Part shown: positions 43,762-48,414 of the stretch, piece after piece | Position numbering within the stretch: the first letter of the stretch is position 1 | Layout of the letters: each line of letters begins with the position of its first letter | Assembly: GCA_905234465.1 (NCBI GenBank) | Contig: CAJOHU010000002.1 | Span: 1 to 48,414, forward strand | DNA from: an uncultured Alphaproteobacteria bacterium | GTDB lineage: Bacteria; Pseudomonadota; Alphaproteobacteria; Rs-D84 | Direction of reading: 5' to 3' | Length of the DNA: 48,414 nt | Notes under the pieces: model-generated | Database searches by the model: none | The model's input: the letters and a program-made list of their open reading frames with translations, nothing else | Told to the model about the DNA's origin: nothing | Position numbers and translations under genes: made by a program

Positions 43762-44074
43762 AGATTTTATTACGCACACCAAACGCCCACAAAGTATTGC
43801 GGGCGCACTGGGTGGGCTGTTCAAAATATTTGGGGTGCGTGCATCTGATTCAGACCTTGTTGCGCGGTGGGCAGAAATAATCGGACCAGAAATATCATCC
43901 ATGGCGGATATTTGTGCAGTAAAAAAAACACGCACCGGTGAATATAATATTGTGTTAAGACCGCGGAATCCGGCGTATACATTAAAATTATCTTATATGA
44001 CGGACGAAATAAAACAGAAAATAAATAAATATTTTGGCGCACCCTGTGTCGGCAAAATCAGTTTCAGGAGGTAA
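43742..44074 (+). CDS. DUF721/DciA-like protein
   Basis: 110 aa. LVARWAEIIGPEISSMADICAVKK...L.LRPRNPAYTLKLSYMTDEIKQKIN fits the DUF721 pattern. It overlaps the mltA end by 20 nt. Confidence 0.6.
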   Translation: MPNTKNKDFITHTKRPQSIAGALGGLFKIFGVRASDSDLVARWAEIIGPEISSMADICAVKKTRTGEYNIVLRPRNPAYTLKLSYMTDEIKQKINKYFGAPCVGKISFRR

Positions 44075-44077
44075 GAA

Positions 44078-44503
44078 ATGAAGAAATCAAAATATATGTT
44101 GTTTCTTGTTATTATATTACTGGTTATGTTGGCATTGCAATATTTAATTGATGATGTACTTGTACCTGGTGGAAATATATTTTCAAAAATATCTAATATA
44201 ATCTCATGGGCAATAATTGTATTTTTCCTTGTTATGCCATGGATATCCATTAAAACATACAAAATAACAATAAAAACAAAAACTTCGGCAACCGTTATAT
44301 CAAAAACATATGACGCGATTCAAACAACAGACAAACACATTTTTCTTAACACGGATGATATAATTCCATGGAAAAGACATTCTGATAAATTACAGCAACG
44401 ACTAAAAATCGGCAAAACATATATCATTAAAACTTACCGTCCATGGCTGGCTGTAAATTATAAAAATATATTATCTGCGACCGAGGTAAAAAATAAAAAA
44501 TGA
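44078..44503 (+). CDS. hypothetical two-TM membrane protein, very AT-rich
   Basis: Strong CAGGAGG RBS. Two hydrophobic segments are followed by a Lys/Thr-rich soluble part. ATGA coupling to ruvC. Confidence 0.65.
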   Translation: MKKSKYMLFLVIILLVMLALQYLIDDVLVPGGNIFSKISNIISWAIIVFFLVMPWISIKTYKITIKTKTSATVISKTYDAIQTTDKHIFLNTDDIIPWKRHSDKLQQRLKIGKTYIIKTYRPWLAVNYKNILSATEVKNKK

Positions 44504-44991
44504 CAACACGAATTTTGGGAATTGACCCTGGACTTTTACATACGGGTTGGGCAGTAATTGAAACGAACGGCAACGCCCGCAAATATATTGCCAGTGGCGT
44601 AATACTGCCAACAAAGACCGGCGAATTATCAGAACGTTTGGCAATTATTTTTAACGAAGTTTCAAAATTGGTTAACACTTTTGCGCCCGATGAGGCCAGT
44701 ATGGAAATAACATTTGTAAACAAAAATCCGACAACGACGCTTATACTTGGGCATGCGCGCGCGGCGGCAATGGTCGCGATATCTGTTCATAATATACCAA
44801 TATCTGAATACGAACCGAATCGGGTCAAAAAGATTTTAACTGGTGCAGGTCATGCCGACAAAACCGCGGTTGATAAAATGGTGCGAATATTATTACCCGC
44901 TGCAAATCCAAAAACCCCGGACGAAAGTGACGCCATCGCAATCGCCCTGGCACACAGCAACACAACAAACTTTACAAAATTTATAGCATAA
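44500..44991 (+). CDS. ruvC: Holliday junction resolvase RuvC
   Basis: Motifs ILGIDPGLLHTGWAVI and DESDAIAIALAH. Confidence 0.92.
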   Translation: MTTRILGIDPGLLHTGWAVIETNGNARKYIASGVILPTKTGELSERLAIIFNEVSKLVNTFAPDEASMEITFVNKNPTTTLILGHARAAAMVAISVHNIPISEYEPNRVKKILTGAGHADKTAVDKMVRILLPAANPKTPDESDAIAIALAHSNTTNFTKFIA

Positions 44992-45012
44992 AACCGCCCG
45001 TTTGGGCGGTTT
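44991..45012. terminator. bidirectional hairpin between ruvC and yebC
   Basis: AAACCGCCC-GTTT-GGGCGGTTT, followed by CACTAACCACTAATTACTAA, which abuts the yebC stop. Confidence 0.75.
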
Positions 45013-45028
45013 CACTAACCACTAATTA

Positions 45029-45745
45029 CTAATTTGCGGCGGTGAACACTTTCTGAACATCGTCATTGGCATCCAGCGCATCAACTAATTTCTCAATTTT
45101 TGCGTATGCTTCTTCGTCCAAATCCATCGGCATATTTGGCACCCATGTCAATTCAGCATTTTCAGGTTCACCCAACACATCTGCAATTTTCTTTTGAACA
45201 TTCATAAAATCATCTGGTTTTGTTGTGATTATAAAGCCTTCATCAGATGTTTCCAGGTTATCCGCCCCTGCGTCCATAACTATTTCCATCATTTCGTCTT
45301 CGGTTTTACCGATTGACGCAGGATAGAAAATTTGTCCAGCACGCGTAAACATAAATACCACACTGCCCTCTTCGCCCATATTGCCACCGTTCTTGGCAAA
45401 GATATTACGAACCTCTGGCACTGTGCGCCGCGGATTATCGGTCAATGCTTCAACAATAACCGGAACGGCACCTGGACCATAGCCTTCATACCGAACCGCC
45501 ACATAGTTTTCTGTATTTGAACCTGACGCTTTGTCAATAGCACGTTTAATGTTATCATTCGGCATAGAATTCTTGCGCGCCTGTAAAATAGCCAATCGCA
45601 ACCGTGGGTTATTGTCTGGATTTTTATCGCCCAACTTTGCCGCCATAGTAATTTCACGCGCCAATTTTGTAAACAAACCACTGCGTGCCGCATCTGCCAG
45701 CCCCTTTTTGTGCTGAATATTATGCCATTTGCTGTGTCCACTCAT
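45029..45745 (-). CDS. yebC: YebC/PmpR-family transcriptional regulator
   Basis: Start at MSGHSKWHNIQHKKG (ATG 45745). 238 aa. Confidence 0.9.
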   Translation of the reverse strand: MSGHSKWHNIQHKKGLADAARSGLFTKLAREITMAAKLGDKNPDNNPRLRLAILQARKNSMPNDNIKRAIDKASGSNTENYVAVRYEGYGPGAVPVIVEALTDNPRRTVPEVRNIFAKNGGNMGEEGSVVFMFTRAGQIFYPASIGKTEDEMMEIVMDAGADNLETSDEGFIITTKPDDFMNVQKKIADVLGEPENAELTWVPNMPMDLDEEAYAKIEKLVDALDANDDVQKVFTAAN

Positions 45746-45796
45746 AATTTGACCTTTTGATTTAATTAAATTAAAATTACCACAAAAGGATAACAA

Positions 45797-46372
45797 ATGA
45801 TTGGAAAATTGCAAGGCATTGTTGATTATATTGCGTCTGACCACATAATTTTGATGGCAGGCCCTGTCGGATACAAGGTTTATACCCCGGATACCGTGAC
45901 ATTAGGCACGAATATTACAATGTGGATTGAAACGGTTGTTCGCGAAGATTCCATTCGTTTATTTGGCTTTTCCACTCAATCGGCGATGAATCTGTTTAAT
46001 ATGTTAACAGGTGTATCCGGTGTTGGTCCAAAGGTTGCTATGGGTATAATGGGCGCGATTAAGTCCGATACACTTATGACCTCGATTGCAACTGGGGACG
46101 CAAAAACCATTGCGACTGCACCGGGCGTCGGCAAAAAAGTTGCAGAAAAAATTATCGTTGAATTAAAAACCAAGGTCGGCGGCGGCGCATTTACAATGGA
46201 TTTAACAAACGACAATGGCGCATTGCCTGATTTGCTGTCTGCATTGGAATCATTGGGATACAGACGCATGGACATTATTGACATGGCGCAAAAATTGGTT
46301 GCCCAGAACCCGAACGCAGATGTGACAAAATTGGTTCCGATGGCATTAAAAGAAATAAGTGGGAACAAATAA
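45797..46372 (+). CDS. ruvA: Holliday junction branch migration protein RuvA
   Basis: MIGKLQG start, with HhH motifs GVSGVGPKVA and APGVGKKVAEKI. Confidence 0.9.
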   Translation: MIGKLQGIVDYIASDHIILMAGPVGYKVYTPDTVTLGTNITMWIETVVREDSIRLFGFSTQSAMNLFNMLTGVSGVGPKVAMGIMGAIKSDTLMTSIATGDAKTIATAPGVGKKVAEKIIVELKTKVGGGAFTMDLTNDNGALPDLLSALESLGYRRMDIIDMAQKLVAQNPNADVTKLVPMALKEISGNK

Positions 46373-47673
46373 TGAATGACAAAGATACAATATTTGCATT
46401 AAGTTCCGGGCACGGAAAATCTGGTGTTGCGGTGATTCGTATATCTGGCAAAGATTTGGAATCGTTCGCAAAAAAAATTGCTGGTCGCGCCACCTTGGTG
46501 CCCCGGCATGCGTATTTTACAAACTTGACCGACGATGTGCGCGAAATTATTGACCAATGTGTTATTATATACTTCGCCGCCCCAAACAGTTTTACCGGCA
46601 CCGATGTTATTGAAATTCAATGTCATGGCGCACCGGCGGTAATAAACAAGATTTTTGAATTTTTGCGGGCAAACAATATGCGAATCGCCACGCCCGGGGA
46701 ATTTTCACGGCGTGCGTTTTATAATGGGAAAATGGATTTATCTGATGTTGATGGGCTTGCGGCATTATTGGATGCAGAAACCGACAAACAGCGTGCAGCG
46801 GCGTTGCGCTCTATGATGGGCGGAGACGGCGCAGTATACGCCGATTGGCGTAACCAAATGTTAGAAATTTCGGCATACGCGGCGGCAATGACAGATTACC
46901 CGGCGGACGATTTACCGGCGAATATATCTGACAAAATTATGGAACGCATAAAAATGCTGTATACGGCGATTTCCGGTGCATTGGTAAAATATAAAACCGC
47001 ACGCGCAATATCACATGGGGTAAACATAGTATTGGTTGGCGAAACAAATGTTGGAAAATCATCACTGTTTAACCGAATCGTCGGTGCATCACGTGCGATT
47101 GTATCTGACACCCCGGGAACAACGCGCGATGTTGTATCTGCAACAATGGATATTGATGGATATTTGGTAAAATTATCTGATACAGCGGGTCTGCGTGAAA
47201 CAGACGATACAGTGGAACGAATCGGCATAGAACGTACGAACGACGAAATTGAAAATGCGGACATATTGATACACATAATAACACCGAAAGACCAAAACAC
47301 AAAGATACGCGATGATGAAATCTTGGTTATAAACAAATCAGACACAACCGATTCTAAAAAAACAAAAGGCGCAATTTATGTATCTGCCAAGACCGGCGAC
47401 GGCATGGACGAAATGATACAGGCGATTATTTCACGCATAAACGCGGTCACAGATAACGGCGAATCGGTTTTAATGATAAACGCACGCACATACGATTTGT
47501 TAAAAACGGCATCAGACGAATTACAAAACGCGATAGAAAAATCAGACGGCGATTATGACATATTGTCTGAACACGTCCGATATGCGGCGAATGCGATTGG
47601 AAAAATACTTGGCACAATCAGCACATCAGAAATATTGGACATGACATTTTCACAACTGTGTTTGGGGAAATAG
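46372..47673 (+). CDS. mnmE: tRNA modification GTPase MnmE
   Basis: Motifs DTIFALSSG, G1 GETNVGKSSLFN, G3 DTAGLRET and G4 NKSD, with C-terminal CLGK. Confidence 0.92.
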   Translation: MNDKDTIFALSSGHGKSGVAVIRISGKDLESFAKKIAGRATLVPRHAYFTNLTDDVREIIDQCVIIYFAAPNSFTGTDVIEIQCHGAPAVINKIFEFLRANNMRIATPGEFSRRAFYNGKMDLSDVDGLAALLDAETDKQRAAALRSMMGGDGAVYADWRNQMLEISAYAAAMTDYPADDLPANISDKIMERIKMLYTAISGALVKYKTARAISHGVNIVLVGETNVGKSSLFNRIVGASRAIVSDTPGTTRDVVSATMDIDGYLVKLSDTAGLRETDDTVERIGIERTNDEIENADILIHIITPKDQNTKIRDDEILVINKSDTTDSKKTKGAIYVSAKTGDGMDEMIQAIISRINAVTDNGESVLMINARTYDLLKTASDELQNAIEKSDGDYDILSEHVRYAANAIGKILGTISTSEILDMTFSQLCLGK

Positions 47674-47676
47674 TAT

Positions 47677-48414
47677 TTAATTTCCCACAACCGCCGGTCC
47701 GGCGATAAATTCGCCCGCACCTTGATTCGTAAAGAATTGCCCGCTGACAGTATCATACATACCAACAACACCGGACGAATTTTTCGCCGGAACAAGATTA
47801 CGGACAATGGAATTACTTGAATTGTCTTTTATCACAAATGAATACACTTTACCTATACCGATATAATTTGATGTTCCCGGTGTATTGAACACGCCAATAG
47901 TATTATTTATTTCATATGGTGACACTAATACCAAGTCAAAAGAATCAGCGTTGTTAATAATTACTTTGTGTTCTGGGGTATTAAACGTAACTTCAAATAC
48001 ATCATACGGTATAGTGATTGTTACTACATTTTGTGAAGAATTATACATTGACATATAATAAGAATTTTCGGTTGTTCTTGTTACGAGTCCTTGATAGTGA
48101 CCGCCACCCCCAATAACGTAACCAAATTTAGTAAAAGAGTTTGTTGTTTTTCCAAACTTAACTTTTGTTTGAATATTTTCACCAATATTTACCCCCGTAT
48201 CAATATATTGCGTACCTGTTGATTCAATATATTCCAACTGGGTGTATCCCGCCGGTAAATAACTAAGTGCAACCACAGTATCGGCAATTTCCCACAACGT
48301 ACCGTTGTTATCCAGTTCACCATTCGCATTCACACGCCGCAAAGAATGATTTACCGCATTAATAACACCACTGTTAACACTTTCCGCCGTGACAAGTGAA
48401 TCTTCATCACGAAT
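47677..48414 (-). CDS. tail-fibre/adhesin-like protein, 5'-truncated by the window edge
   Basis: The frame stays open to position 48414 (hand translation IRDEDSLVTAESVNSGVINAVNHSLRRVNANGEL...). The ORF-track M at 48342 is an internal TTG. The C-terminal module has LEYIESTGTQYIDTG ... GMYDTVSGQFFTNQGAGEF. Confidence 0.6.
   Translation of the reverse strand: MRDEDSLVTAESVNSGVINAVNHSLRRVNANGELDNNGTLWEIADTVVALSYLPAGYTQLEYIESTGTQYIDTGVNIGENIQTKVKFGKTTNSFTKFGYVIGGGGHYQGLVTRTTENSYYMSMYNSSQNVVTITIPYDVFEVTFNTPEHKVIINNADSFDLVLVSPYEINNTIGVFNTPGTSNYIGIGKVYSFVIKDNSSNSIVRNLVPAKNSSGVVGMYDTVSGQFFTNQGAGEFIAGPAVVGN

Noticed and set aside
47677-48414. Calling a prophage at the right edge
   Set aside because: Only one fibre-like gene is visible. 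No integrase, att site, capsid or tail genes are in the window. It is kept as a hypothesis only.

Overview
This is a moderately AT-rich, tightly packed bacterial chromosomal segment. About 54 protein genes are supported, and most are housekeeping. The gene content looks alphaproteobacterium-like and genome-reduced (Cys-less DksA, DUF721/DciA-like, SPOR protein, J-domain protein with N-terminal Cys/His module); that placement is inference only. Minus-strand blocks: nlpD-like plus an orphan gene; recJ-DHH-lolA-tatB-tatC; sufS-sufT-sufE-ftsL-ftsI; tatA, SPOR and thrS; greA-mutL; recA; an MFS gene; secB; yebC. Plus-strand blocks: trxA-dksA; yajC-secD-secF-S41-like-PAP2-ftsK; lptG-xerD-J-domain-trxB-serS-typA; mltA-DUF721-ruvC; ruvA-mnmE. 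Accessory content: (1) a four-gene operon of small secreted proteins forming two paralogue pairs (3205-5356); (2) a five-gene glycan island with a Stealth phosphotransferase between typA and recA (35016-39669); (3) a tail-fibre-like gene cut by the right edge; (4) an orphan HTH/coiled-coil gene at the left edge. No rRNA, tRNA, CRISPR array, transposase or recognisable defence genes were seen. The most unusual signals are non-coding. First, a GC-rich, hairpin-dense block with two 51-nt direct repeats (300-640) is bounded by a TATAAT and a strong terminator on the minus strand, so it is a candidate novel structured RNA. Second, a mosaic repeat family (TTAGTG(G) units, a covarying hairpin, a TTCCAGAGAGCCG module) abuts stop codons and flanks thrS as 51-nt inverted repeats. 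Third, a conserved T-run+TGTGATA(T/C)AAT promoter module is placed so that three genes would be leaderless. All functional calls rest on motif recognition by eye; no searches were run.
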